Shown here in pieces: positions 40,252 through 52,900 of a stretch of 64,000 nucleotides of DNA; the first letter of the stretch is position 1; each line of letters starts with the position of its first letter. Source of the stretch: Podarcis vaucheri. Taxonomy: Eukaryota. The DNA is taken from the NCBI GenBank assembly GCA_965113315.1, contig OZ220363.1; one strand, given 5' to 3'. Under the pieces are notes generated by a model. It worked only from the letters and a program-made list of their open reading frames with translations. It did not search any database and was not told the DNA's origin. The translations under genes and the position numbers were made by a program.

Positions 40252-42689
40252 CTGTTACTCACCTCAATTTTGTATTGGCAAAATCCTTTATATTTGCTGA
40301 CATTTATATACTTTTTAATTATGTCCCTATAATATGAGGTTTAATGGATGGACCAAAGTAGGTTTTGCAAGCCTTTATGGTGGTTAAGAGACTTATATTT
40401 CAAGCCTGGAAGGATAAATACCTACTGCCAAATACACAATGGTCTGAGGACCTCACTCCCCAACCTGAACATATTTCATATAGGCACCAGTTTAATTTTG
40501 GACATCTGGAGGGCTTATATTGATGTATACGTTTAATTTAAGATTTATTTATTGATGGTCACTGTATCCATAATGTGAACTGATGGTGGTTTCTGTTACT
40601 GTTACTACTACTAATAACAATAATAGTAATAATTTGTTGTCATGTTGGTGTTTTGTGTTTTCTTTCCTCTTTAATTTTCTTTCCTCTTTTTCCATTTCCT
40701 TTTCCTTGTAAAATCTGCAAATTAAAATAAATAAATAAATAAATGCCATGGGAGAAACAGGTAAACATTTTATGACTGAATACTTAGCTTTCCCTGTGAG
40801 TGGTAGCAATTTACAGTCATCTTAAATAAAGCACATAACATGTATAGGTAGGCAGGCCTGATTCTAAGTTGGTGTTACTCAAACATTTCAGCAGCCCTCA
40901 GAGTTCAAATATGGGTTGCAGATTTTTTTTTTTAAATTAACATCAGTCACTGTTTACACGACAGAAAGGGAGGAGCTGGGGGGGGGTCATTCCTGAGGAC
41001 ATCTGTGATTGGCACGGGATTTGTTTGAATCTATCAAGTAAGGCTTATTGTGAGTAGCAAAGCAATTTCATCCAATGCAACTATCTAAGAAATCTTTATG
41101 CACAATAAGACCTCTCCTTTGTGATTATGGTTATACACTGAAAATTAATAAAACTTCTTATTAACAAATAAATTAAAAAGACCTCTCCTATGAAGTGCTT
41201 CTGTGGTAACATACATTGAAATAAATTATTCCCAGAGACTCATGTGCTACCCTGCATTGAACCTAAGGGAGGCTGATGCTGGCCCTATCTGGTGTTTTAC
41301 CCTGGATGCACAGCTATTAGTCATTATAGCTAAACAGAACCTCTATGCATAGAGACAGTATATCTCTTCATACTGCATGGGGATGACCATCAATTTTATG
41401 CCCTGCTGGTAGACTTCCAGAGGCATTTGCCTGGCTGCTGTTGGACGAATAATGCTTATTTAGATGTGCAATGATCTGATCAGGCGTGCTAGGATGTGTA
41501 GACAAAAGTATGAGAATAAAAAATGTAAAAATAATTCATGCAGTACAATATATACGTGCAATAATTTAGGAAATAAGAAGAGGCCAGGATATGCACCGTG
41601 ACACTATATGATTGCATGTGGAATTATTTGAGCCAAAATAGGATGCTTGATGCCTTTTTTAAAGCTTGACTGAGTTTTCATGCGCATGTAACAAGCTGTA
41701 ATCTACAGAGCTGCAAACTACCTAAATGTAATGGCAAATATGCCAGGAAGGCAAATATATCTTCCAGATACCCAAAACATGACCCAAAATACAACCAACC
41801 AGACGCAAGTTGCAGCATTGTGGGTGTCAGGCACCCATAATTTCTGGATTTAGTAAGTGTTAGAATGCAATCAGTGTTTGGAGAGTTAAACTGGTAGATA
41901 CACTCTTAATAGCTGGATTCATCTTCCCTTGTTCAGGCCAGCCTGATAATGGCTGAGTCATTAAACAAACAAAGACAGGGTGATGACCCATCAAGAAAGC
42001 CATAACAAAGGCCAGTAGCACAATTCAGGTTAGTTGGAGGGAAATTGTTCCAACCTGTAAGCAGCAATGCAACAGAGAAGCAATCTTAGTGGGGTGGGAG
42101 AGCTGAGAATAATGTCAATATATTTTTATGGTCAACGTTGCAGGTGGTGGCCTAGATGACCCTTGGGGTCCCTTCTAGCTCTACCATTCTGTGATATGGA
42201 GGGGGGCTCTCCCACCTCACTATATAGATGGCTGCCTAGTACAGGGTTAGGAGTCATACAATGTAGGAGTAAAGCAACAGATTACGAGACAGAGAACCCA
42301 ATGGCTGGCATCCTTTAGAATCCAGGGCTGCACCTAGGATAGAAACAGTAACCTCTGGGGGTGTAACGTGCACCCTTCCATCATAGGCTCAGGTTGTATA
42401 TGTGTGTAAATAAACCATATATCATAAAGACACCACAGTCTCTTCTGTGCCTCATTGTCCAAAAAGGAAACACAAACACAGGGTAAAACGTGCCTGGAAC
42501 TCCCTGGAATCTCACACAGCTGTGAAGTTTGGGGGTGGTGTTTAACAATGCCTTAATGGGCATATAATAGTCTAATTACATAGCAAGAAATGGAATATGC
42601 CCCTTGGGGGAAATAGTATATCTGCCCCACCCACCCCACTAGCTTGTTCACTTCTACAGCTGCTTTTCAAGAATGTGGAGTTGTGGACT

Positions 42690-42870
42690 AAGATGGAAGG
42701 ATATTAGGTAGGACCTGAGAGACAAAGATTAAAATCCTCCTCAGCCATGAAGATCCTTGGGCCAGTCACTGTTGCTCAGCCTAGCCTCCCTCACAGAGTT
42801 GTTGTGAGGATAAATTGGGGAGTGGAAAACCCTGAGCTCCTTAGAGGAAAGCTAAAAGCTCACATAAATA
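42690..42870 (+). mobile_element. MIR-like/CORE SINE remnant
   Basis: CTCAGCCTAGCCTCCCTCACAGAGTTGTTGTGAGGATAAA core; similar piece near 51360-51520. Confidence 0.5.
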
Positions 42871-44465
42871 GGTATATAACAAGCAAAAAGTTAGTAGGTG
42901 AGGGCCCCCCATTACCTGAGTATAAGCCTCCTTGAATACACATGCATAGGATGAGCATCCCTTCTCACTAGGCAGGGGGCAGGGCAGCAGGAGACAGCCC
43001 CAGACACACCATAATCTCTTCCCCCATCCACCCAATACCACCCAGGAGGAAACAGTGGCGGGGGGGGGGGAGGACTTGAAGTTAAAGAGGCAATGCAAAC
43101 CCCGCTGTTTCAGATTCTGCATCTCTGAAGGTGACTTTCATTTGGAAGGTATCTCTTGCAGCCATCAGATAACTTTAACATGCATGCAGTGTTCAAAACT
43201 CCCATTGTTCTACATGCATTTTGCAACAGGGAATTTCTTAGTACTGCGTCTAAGATTTCAGATTAAAACTGCAGTGTGGAAGGAAACAAGGACCTTCCAG
43301 CTACAGGGACTTCCAGCTACTCTGAAGACTGGAGAAGAGACCCTCTTAAGAACATTAAGGGGGTGGACAGGGGAAGGACTAGGCCATACGAAAAATGAAC
43401 ATATATTTTAGCTGCAGTTCATTCATTTCCAGATTTGTATTCTTGTTATAAAAGTGAGCCTAGACATTCCATTGCTGCACCCATAACCTAGGTTTAAGGT
43501 GCCATTTAGCTCCTAGCTTCCATATCTCAGTTTCTAACACTATCTGCTTGTGCCCATTCATCAGGACCAGCAGAACGGTTGTCGGAGAGAAAAGGCTGAA
43601 ATGCTGTAGGGCAAACTATGTGTGCCATTGGCACCTCAGCTTCCCTTGTAGACCTGATTTCCTAAATTTCCCATTAGTCCAATGGATAGTCAGGCCTTGA
43701 GAAGCATGGAACTAGAAAGGGTTGGTCAGGTACAGAGATAGGCAGTGGGAAGGTTGCCTTTGCCTCTCGCTGAGGATATGTGAAATACAGGTGGGTCCAC
43801 TTAGAAGCTGTCCTGGTCCACCATTGTGCCTCTGTTCCAGCCCAGGGCCTGTTCTAGCTAGTGCCTACGTTCCCAGAAGCAGGCCTTCGTCAGCCACCTG
43901 ACTGGCACAATAATGCTGCCATTCTGCATAGGAAGACAGGGTGCATTGTACAGCCACAGCCGCCTAAGAGCTGTTCATGCAGCTCTTCTGCCTGAAAGGA
44001 AGTATTGTTTGAGATGACCCAGCCCTTCAACCTCTTCCCAACACCAGGGAGGCAGAGCTGCTCCCAGCAGACAGAACAGCGCCATTCAGAGTCCTCCACA
44101 TCTCCATCCCACAGCAGCTGCTGGTGGCCCTGCCCTCTCTTGGTGCTGTGAGGCCCTAGAACAACAAGGACTTCAGGAGGCAGGACAGGCTGGACCTTGC
44201 CACTGAAAGCTGCACCTTCAGCCATGGAACACACAGCAGAAGGAAGGAGGATGAAATAATATAAGTGCCAGCTGCTGGTTCTGTGCCCAGTTCCAGCCAG
44301 AGATTATTCTTGTCAGGACTGAGGGATTGCACTGGTTCATGGTAGTGCTGTCTGGAATGTGTGTCATGCAGTTTAGGGACCACCCAGAACCAAAACCTGG
44401 TTCCGAGAAACAGCTCCCAGAATAGCAGAAGAGAAGGATTGGGTAAGGTGGAGAAACTGCTTTTA

Positions 44466-44682
44466 CAGTGGTACCTCTGGTTACGTACTTAATTCGTTCC
44501 GGAGGTCCGTTCTTAACCTGAAACTGTTCTTAACCTGAAGCACCACTTTAGCTAATGGGGCCTCCCGTTGCTGCTGCGCCGCCGCCATGCAATTTCTGTT
44601 CTCATCCTGAAGCAAAGTTCTTAACCCGAGGTACTATTTCTGGGTCTGTAACCTGAAGCGTATGTAACCTGAGGTACCACTG
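44466..44682. mobile_element. Tc1/mariner (Tigger-like) MITE
   Basis: TIR CAGTGGTACCTC; TA TSD; related to the 8764 element. Confidence 0.88.
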
Positions 44683-44799
44683 TAATTGAGTTTTATAGTT
44701 ATTTAATAACAAACAAGGCAACAAAAAACAAACAACACTTGTTTGCTAATTATAGAAGATAATAAGGGGGTTTTATCAGCACAATATATTTCTACATGT

Positions 44800-45330
44800 A
44801 TCATGTTGAAAAATGGAGATAACCTTGCCACAAAGTTGGATTGGTCACCAGAAGGCAAGTAGGATGTCCATTTATTAATATAGCTAATAAATGGAAACCA
44901 TATAAAATAGTATCAAAACATTGCCTTTTTTGCTTTACAGTACCTTGAATAACCCCTCTATCCTGTGCAAAGCACTCAGGCAGTGCTACATGATCCCATA
45001 TTTTAACATACAAACTGTGTTTTGTAGGAAGTGTATTCCCTTTCCAACAGCCTGTTAATTCTACTTGAGCCATTGCCAATAACACTGCTAGTAATTCTTT
45101 ATGTTTAATTTCCTCATTAAGCACACTTTTGATTGACTAGAGTGCCAACTGAAGTTTTTTGCTAGTAATCTTAACCAGCTCTAAGAACGCTTCCTCTGAA
45201 AACTTGTTTGCAAAAGGACAGCTCCACCACATGTAGAATAGTGATCCTCTCTCAGCACATCCCCAACTGCATGATGGAAACACTTATTTGCCATGTAGGG
45301 CAGTTTTAGAGGAATCCTAAAAGGTAGCTT
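44800..45330 (-). mobile_element. Degenerate L1 ORF2 cysteine-rich 3' fragment
   Basis: Minus strand SCSWGCAERGSLFYMWWSCPF, resembling the L1 CWRC...HMWWSC motif; bounds approximate. Confidence 0.6.
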
Positions 45331-46782
45331 CCTGGATTCTCACAAACATAGTGTATAAACTGGGAGGGGGAGTTAGTCCATACACTATCTGATTCACTAT
45401 CTTCAAACTCTCTAAAATCATTCTTCCACACCTTCTTAATGTCATCTGTCATGCCCATTACATGCTGTTAGGGAGGATAACTTTTGGCAGTAACTACGCC
45501 AATGGGAGCTATGTTGCAGGTGAACATATTCCAGGCTGGCTGCTATTCTTGTGAACAGAGCAAGCAGCAGGTTGACAGAAACATTGGCAGAAAACAGTAT
45601 TGGAATAAGTGCTCTAGAACACTAGTAGAACAGTAGAATGAATGGGAATCTAAATTTCTGCCTTTCTATCACCAACTGGCTGATTTACAGCACTTCCTGA
45701 TTTACACCGCTGTCATGTAGATTTCTCAGAAATGTTCCTAAAAACATAGGATTACCAAGGATACAGAGGTCACACCTAAGATGTATTAGAAAGCCAATAT
45801 ATCCTGCTGAACATATTTAGCAACAGGCACTGTCCTTAATGCTCAGTCACAGCAAACATGGGGAGAAGGTTGGATGGTTGTGGGGCAACTGTTCAGGCCC
45901 TCAGCTTTGTGTTGCCCCATGCCTGGCACAGACGGCCATGGCAGGCAGTACCACTGCAGGTCCAGCCCTACTGCTTCTTACCCACCCTGCAAAGATACCC
46001 TTCTTCAATCAAAACTCTCTCTTTGAATTCTAAAATATATTTGATTTTTTTAATAAAAAAAATAACTGCTTAACTTTGGCTGGATTGTGCCCTACCATTT
46101 TGTGACCTAAACAAACTATAGCAAACTTTAGAGAGGAAATGAATGGTCCTCTTCTCTGTTGTCATAGATAACTCAAGGGCCTCTTTTTTGTAAATGTCCT
46201 AAACTACCTGAGTTGCTCCTTTTCCCATGTATTTTTTTTTTAAAATTATAACAATAAAACAACACTGAAACTCTTATTACAGTGAGAAACTGTGATACTT
46301 CTAACAACAATGCTTCTAAGCAGACTTGCATTGGTTACATTTAGGTGGAATACAAAAAAGGCCGTAATCAGGTAAAGGTGTCTCGCCACACCTTGCAAAT
46401 TAACATAGGGAAGGAACGGGACCCGCGTCTCCGTGAAGCCATCTGCTTGCATTTCCCCCTTCGCTAGCTTATACCACTGAGTTACGGTAATTTTTCATCC
46501 AAGTCTGCCTGGCTGCCACTCTTTGCCGACCTGGTGCCTTCCAGAGGACTTGGACTACAACTCCCATCAGGCCCAGCCGGCAGATGTTTCGACGGGAAAT
46601 GCGGTCCAAAACATCTGGAGGGGCGCCAGGTTGGCCAAACCTGCTCCATGAAATGCCCCTTCCCTATTGCGCCTGGTCTAACTGAAGCGCGGGCCGGGTC
46701 TAACTGGACGGGCGTCTGGCTGCGCTCCTTGCCCAGCAGTCGCTCCATCTAGTCTTCACAGGACAGAGACCCCCCTCAGGCC

Positions 46783-46800
46783 TTCCCATGATGCACCGCG
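46783..46800 (+). promoter_or_regulatory. ZNF143/Staf-binding (SBS) motif
   Basis: TTCCCATGATGCACCGCG fits the SBS consensus (YYCCCANNATGCMYYGCG) and ends 76 nt upstream of the NUP160 ATG. Confidence 0.65.
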
Positions 46801-46873
46801 AAAGCAGGCTCGGTTCGGCCGCGCCCCCTTCCCACTATCCCGTGATCCACTGCGGCTCCGCGCGCGGGAAGGG

Positions 46874-46884
46874 AAGATGGCGGC
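46874..46884 (+). promoter_or_regulatory. YY1 motif overlapping the NUP160 start codon
   Basis: AAGATGGCGGC. Confidence 0.55.
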
Positions 46885-46979
46885 GGCTGTCGGGCTCCCG
46901 GAGCGGGGATATTTGGAGCTGGTGGGCGCTGAGCGGGGAGCGCGGCGCCGGGTCCGCGAGCTCGTGTTCAGCCTCCCAG
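46877..46979 (+). CDS. NUP160: NUP160 exon 1 (coding part)
   Basis: aagATGG start; MAAAVGLPERGYLELVGAERGARRRVRELVFSLP; CAG|gtagcg. Confidence 0.88.
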
Positions 46980-49900
46980 GTAGCGGCGCCCGGCCAGGGA
47001 GCGGGCGGCGGACGTGGGTTGCTGGGCGGGTGTCATTGCTGTTGCACGCGTGGTAAAAGTCACGCTGCTGCTGCTGCTGCTCCTGCCGCCTGCCTGGCTG
47101 ACGTGCCTCCTTTGCCTTGTCCCTCGCAGGCGGCGGCTCGTCCCTCACGCCCGTTCGCTACGCCGACAGCGCCGGAGGATTCTGGTACCAAGAAAACGCG
47201 CAGCTGGGGTCTGTGACCAGGAACCGCTTCATCCACTGGTGAGTGGCCTTGCTTCTGCAGCCCACCCGCCAGGCAGTACCACGGATCGGATCCTGCCCTC
47301 TCACTCCACTGGGAGAGGGTGGGAAGAGTGAAGAGGAGCTGCCCTCCGCTTTGGCCGGGCTTCCCCTTCTGGCATCTTCTTCTGATGCCTGATCCCGTTT
47401 AGCATGTGACTAGGGTGATATACCCAAATAAACCAGATGATCTTTTTCTTTTGGTTTTGATCTGTTCTTCACTATTGAAGTGTTTTGAGCCGTTGGCTCT
47501 TCCAGAGCAGAACTAAAGCAAGCTAACAGTCTAAAATGCCTTTTTTTAATGCATTAACCTAGTGCAGTTATGAACAGAATGGTACAACACCAGTTGTAGC
47601 TCTGTGGGAAGAGAATTCTAAAGTTGGGGTGTATGCTAAGGAAAGCATGCAGAGGAAAGGTCCACAACCAAAAATGTTGAGGCATTAAAGTGAATGACAG
47701 GTGACTTGAGCAGTAATTGACAGTAATCTTTGATAATAACTGTATGTGACAGCAAAATGGCCATTGAATTTGAAATTAGAGAGTTCTATGAATGGGTACC
47801 TCAGTGGTGCATGGAAGGTTGTATGAATTACAGTTAGGGCATGGGGAAGCAGTTTGAAGAAACAGCTGCATGATTATGTACGAAGTGAGAAGGACGAATT
47901 AGCAAATGAAGCTGTATTGAGGAGCAAAGGCCCACAAAATTCCTTGAACCACACTATAGAACTATTGTGTTTTAGTGCTGTCTTGGTGAAATACAGGGCT
48001 AGGTCAACAGGAAGCTATGCATCTAACCATGGAGCTCAGTAGCCTCATACAATTATGTTCCCAATGTGTCTATCCCTGCCTCCTAGCAACTCCTCCAGCT
48101 GTTTGTGCCTTTTGGCACTAGGTTCATTCCCAGTCTTGTATAGTTATTCAAATATTCCCTGTTCTGGCTTTGTGAAGGGGGAGAAGATTAAAGTGATGTT
48201 GAATCTCATAGTTGTATTTTGTGTTTGTCTGCTGCAGTATTAAAATAGTTTGATTGAGATGTTTTAGTTTGATTGTGCTGTATACCTTCCTGGACTTCCA
48301 GAAGAGGAAGGGCAACCTACAGCTTTACATCCTTGTGTACCACTGTACACTGGTTTGCACTGCATGCTCTTTGTATGCTTGCAAAACCTAAGGTATATAG
48401 AAATACAGGTAGCACATATATCTTGATATTTGCTTCTTGGTGCCATTGTCTTTCCACCATGCAAATACTGGGTTGAATTGTACTCTGTAAACCTATAATT
48501 CCTCTATGTATTTACTTGTTTTCTTTTGCAGGGCTACGTCAGGTGGAACCTTGGAATTGGTAGAGGAATCCCTTGATATAAACCTTTTGAACAATGCTGT
48601 TCAGCTCAAATTTCAGAATTGTAGCCTCTTACCTGGAGGAGTACATATATTTGAGACCCAGAATAACGTTGTTATCTTGATTTCAACCAATCAGACAGTA
48701 CATAGGTTGATTTTACCACACCCCACTCGGATGTATAGGAGTGTAAGTAACCTTTTTTCAAAAATTCTAAGAGTGTGAATTAACAATTAACAAGCAAATT
48801 TTTAATACACAGACAAAGCTATCATTTTGGATTGTGACTGCATATACTGTATAACATGTTCAGTTCAGGTAATACACCAAACTATGATTTGGAGTGTCAG
48901 AAACAAGCCCCAGGCTTGTCTCTCACCTTGTGTTTAGATTCTTTCTTATTTAGTGTTAATCATAGATGATTATGATGTCTGAACTGGAAAACTATGGCTA
49001 ACCCTTGAACCCAACTCATTCATAGTGTAAGGGTTGATTCTGGTTTGAAGAGCAATCACTAACTGCAGGCTGCTGATTTGGACATATGGTTTTATAGATT
49101 CTGAACTGACCCTTTCTGGGAATGGGCTGTGAAATATTCTGTAATTTATTTATTTTTGTAATGTATTTTTTTTTTGGCCACATGTTTGGTTGCATTTTTT
49201 ATATAGAAAATTAAAGAAAATCTAATTTTCAAATGTTTTTATTGTTGCAAATTCATGTTGAACAATTTGCTGGGTAAAATTTTGGTATGGAGCAAAATAT
49301 ATAGATAGTATAAAGTAATCTTGTCTAAGATAAAATGCACTGAGAAGGGTCATTGACAGAGCCCTTGTTGGCATGCACCAGGTCTTGGCTTAAATCCCTG
49401 GTGTCTCCCATTAAAAGAATTACAAGAGCAGATCATGTAAAAGTCCTGTTCCTGAGATCTTAGAGAGCCACCAAAATACACAATACTGGATTAGCTAAAC
49501 AAACAGTCTGACATGGTATAAGGCAGCTTCCTATGTTCCTTTGATTGCTCGGAAGAAACTGCTTTTGTCTAATGTTTCCTTTGATACCATTTTTCAGACA
49601 CTTCTAGGTCATATGTTACAAGAGGAATTTAAATAGAAAAGGCATTTCCTATTTGACTTTTCCATGTTCATACTTCAAATTTATATTTCTTATTGATAAC
49701 TAAGCTTATTGGGGATTTTCTTAATAGGAGCTGATCACAGAAAGTCATGTACAGTCAGTTTTCACAGATGTTGGAAAAGTTCATTTAAGAGATCCTTTTA
49801 ACTATTGCGTGATTCCTACAATCCCTGGTCTGTCAACTCATTCCACTGCTTCAGCAGCTTGGCTTACCAGTGATGGAGGAGCACTTTTTGCTTTGCCATC

Positions 49901-52900
49901 TGCATCTGGTGGGATTTTTGTCCTTAATCTGCCACCTCACAATACTCATGGTAAGTATAGAAGCTGATCTAGATAATTTATTTAAAGTTGCTTTGCTTTT
50001 CAGTTATAAATCTCATAAACTGCACATCGAATAAGAATTTAAAGCAGGTTTAAAATATTTTCTAATGTGCATAAGGCAATTGACTCCCCATATCCGCAAA
50101 ACTGTTCTAATTGAGAAGTGTGTGCTGTACTAATTGATTAAACTAAGGGAACAAAGACAGCAGCAGAACCTGCTTTTGCAATTTTGGACACCGTCAATTA
50201 ATGTCTCAAATCAGTAGTCATTTTGTCTTGAATGTTTCCACATGGAACTTCTGAAAGATTATTCATCTGATTTAGTTACTGTTGTGCGCCATATATGCAT
50301 GCATTATTAATAAATCATTTTTGTTTTGTTTTTAGGAATGGTTTCAACTCTAGTCGTGGAGTTGAAACAGAGTTCAGTCATGCAGCGCTTGCTTACAGGT
50401 TGGATGCCAACAGCTATCAGGCTAGTATTTTGATGGCAAACAGAGCTCTTGAAGTCTCTACAGTAGCCAGTGGCATAGTTGGAACAAGCTTCAATGAGCA
50501 CTCTGCCTGTTATTCATTGGAGGATATTTCTTTTCAGCAACCAAATGAGCTAACTAAAATCTATTGTACCTAAATTTTCAGCCAGGTCTTTGTTGTTTAG
50601 TCGTTTAGTCATGTCCGACTCTTCGTGACCCCATGGACCAGAGCACACCAGGCACTCCTGTCTTCCACTGCCTCCCGCAGTTTGGTCAAACTCATGTTGG
50701 TAGCTTCACGAACACTGTCCAACCATCTCGTCCTTTGTCGTCCTCTTCTCCTTGTGCCCTCCATCTTTCCCAACATCAGGGTCTTTTCTAGGGAGTCTTC
50801 TCTTCTCATGAGGTGGCCAAAGTATTGGAGCCTCAGCTTCACAATCTGTCCTTCCAGTGAGCACTCAGGGCTGATTTCCTTCAGAATGGATCAGTTTGTT
50901 CTTCTTGCAGTCCATGGGACTCTCAAGAGTCTCCTCCAGCACCATAATTCAAAAGCATCAATTCTTCAGCGATCAGCCTTCTTTATGGTCCAGCTCTCAG
51001 CCAGGTCTAGAAGTGTAATTAATTCTTGGAAGTGTAGTGTGCTTTTTTCTTAGGTGGCTCTCTTTTCTAAACAAGCATATTAAGTTAATCTTGAAATTGT
51101 TCCTGTCGTCTCAGATCTGGACAAAGCAAAAGGAATGAACATGTTTTGAGGGAATAAGAACCTGCAGAAGACAGTCAGCCTTTTCTTTTCCATATGAAGG
51201 CGAGGGATGCTGTTGGATTCAGTACTTCAGCTACAATTGCATGTAGCAGAGGTGTTCCAAATCTGCCCATAGTCCAGTGGTTAGAAAGTGTGTACGTTTG
51301 ACTGTTTTTCACAGTTCCCTATTTTTTAGTAAGAAGGTTGCATCCTTTTTATTTCCAGACATGATGGCTATTGTTCAGAGAGCCTGTGTGGCTAGTGTTA
51401 GGTTTGGAAGTAAGAAATTCTCTACTCAGCCAGGTGACTCAGCAGGTGTCATCATTATCTCTTAGCCTAACCTATCATAGAGAAGAGTTGTGAAGAGATA
51501 ATTCTGATACACTGAGGAAGTGTGGAACGGAAATCTGACAAATTCATGCCCTCAAAATTTGGAGGCTAAATGGCTGCATTGTGATTGATGGTTGCTTGGA
51601 ATATTTAGAAGAGTAAATGTCATAACTTTTATCTTGAAAGGGGTATGGTTTTATATGCAAAGGTAATGCTTCACCATAAACCAGGAATGGCGAACCTAAT
51701 CTGACTGGTGGGCCAGATTCCTATCTCCTCTATACCTCATGGGACATGTTTGACAAGGTGGGTGGTGGTATCCACCTCTCAATCATATGATGTCACCATG
51801 AGATCAGGTGAAGATTTGGCACTTCTAACTTTTAAATTCTTGTAAATTCTGTCCTTTTTTGTTTTGTTTATTATATATATAATTTAGTTTAAATCTTTTC
51901 CAGAGGAGACCAAGGTCCTTCAGAGCTTCCTGTTAGCTTGTCTGTCCACTGTCGTGAGCATGATGCCCTCCTCTTCGCACTCTACCAGGATCATAAACTT
52001 CGAATGTGGTCTTACAAAGTGAGTGTGAAATGCTAATTTCTGATAGAATACTGTTGTCATTGCTGATGGTTGATTATTCATATAACTAATGATACTTTCC
52101 AAATGTTGGTTTTTGGCAACATGTCCCTTTGAATATGCAAGCTATATTAATTACCTTTTCTGTGGTCTGCTGTGAACGTGCACAACCTTCAGATCTGTAT
52201 CCTTTACTGTAAAGGAACACATGGTAAAGTATCTGTCTAGTATATCAAGCTGCTGTTTTGGCAGGTGTGTTTAAAGCATTTGTCCCATTTGCAGATTGTG
52301 TTACTTATCTGGCTTCTTATCTTGGCAGGATCAAATGTGCCTGATGGTGGCTGATATGTTGGAATTTGTGCCTGTAAGTAAGGACCTAAGACTTGCTGCT
52401 GGGACTGGACACAGATTACAGCTGTCTTATTCTGAGACCCTGGGGCTTTACATTGGTGTATACTTGCATGCACCCAAACAAGGACAGGTACTTGAATTGT
52501 CTTACATTCGTAGAATTTTAATTTGCTGTTAAGTTGAGAGTCAGGGAACTACTAGTAGGGGAAGAAGGGAAAGGAGAATGTTAGCCGCTTTGAGACTCCT
52601 TAAAAGAGAGTGAAAGGCGGGATATCAAATCCAAACTCTTCTTCTAGTATGACCCATCAGTTTCAGAGTTTATGTGGATAAGAAAAGTTTTCTTCAATAA
52701 TTTTAGACATGTTTTGTCCAGTCCTAGAAGTTTACAAAATGACATAGCTTTTGATCCTGGATTAAAAGAGCTTGCTGACAATTTCAAATGTCTTTTGCTT
52801 TAAAAACTGGGAAATAATCGCTCCTTGATACTTGATAAGATGTATTTTGATGAAGTGCTTTCAGAAGGACTTATCAAATGCATTGTTCCAGGGAAGAACA

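Larger units (their letters stand above)
46400..47360 (+). promoter_or_regulatory. CpG island promoter of NUP160
   Basis: CpG-rich segment spanning exons 1-2; bounds approximate. Confidence 0.85.

Noticed and set aside
42190-42546. Possible solo LTR (AATAAA and a ...CA end)
   Set aside because: No matching TG start with a target-site duplication could be identified.
46756-47331. ORFs 46788..47216, 46756..47148 and 47014..47331 as separate genes or an N-terminal extension
   Set aside because: GC-rich, stop-poor frames of the CpG island. ATG 46788 is out of frame with NUP160 and lies within the SBS motif.
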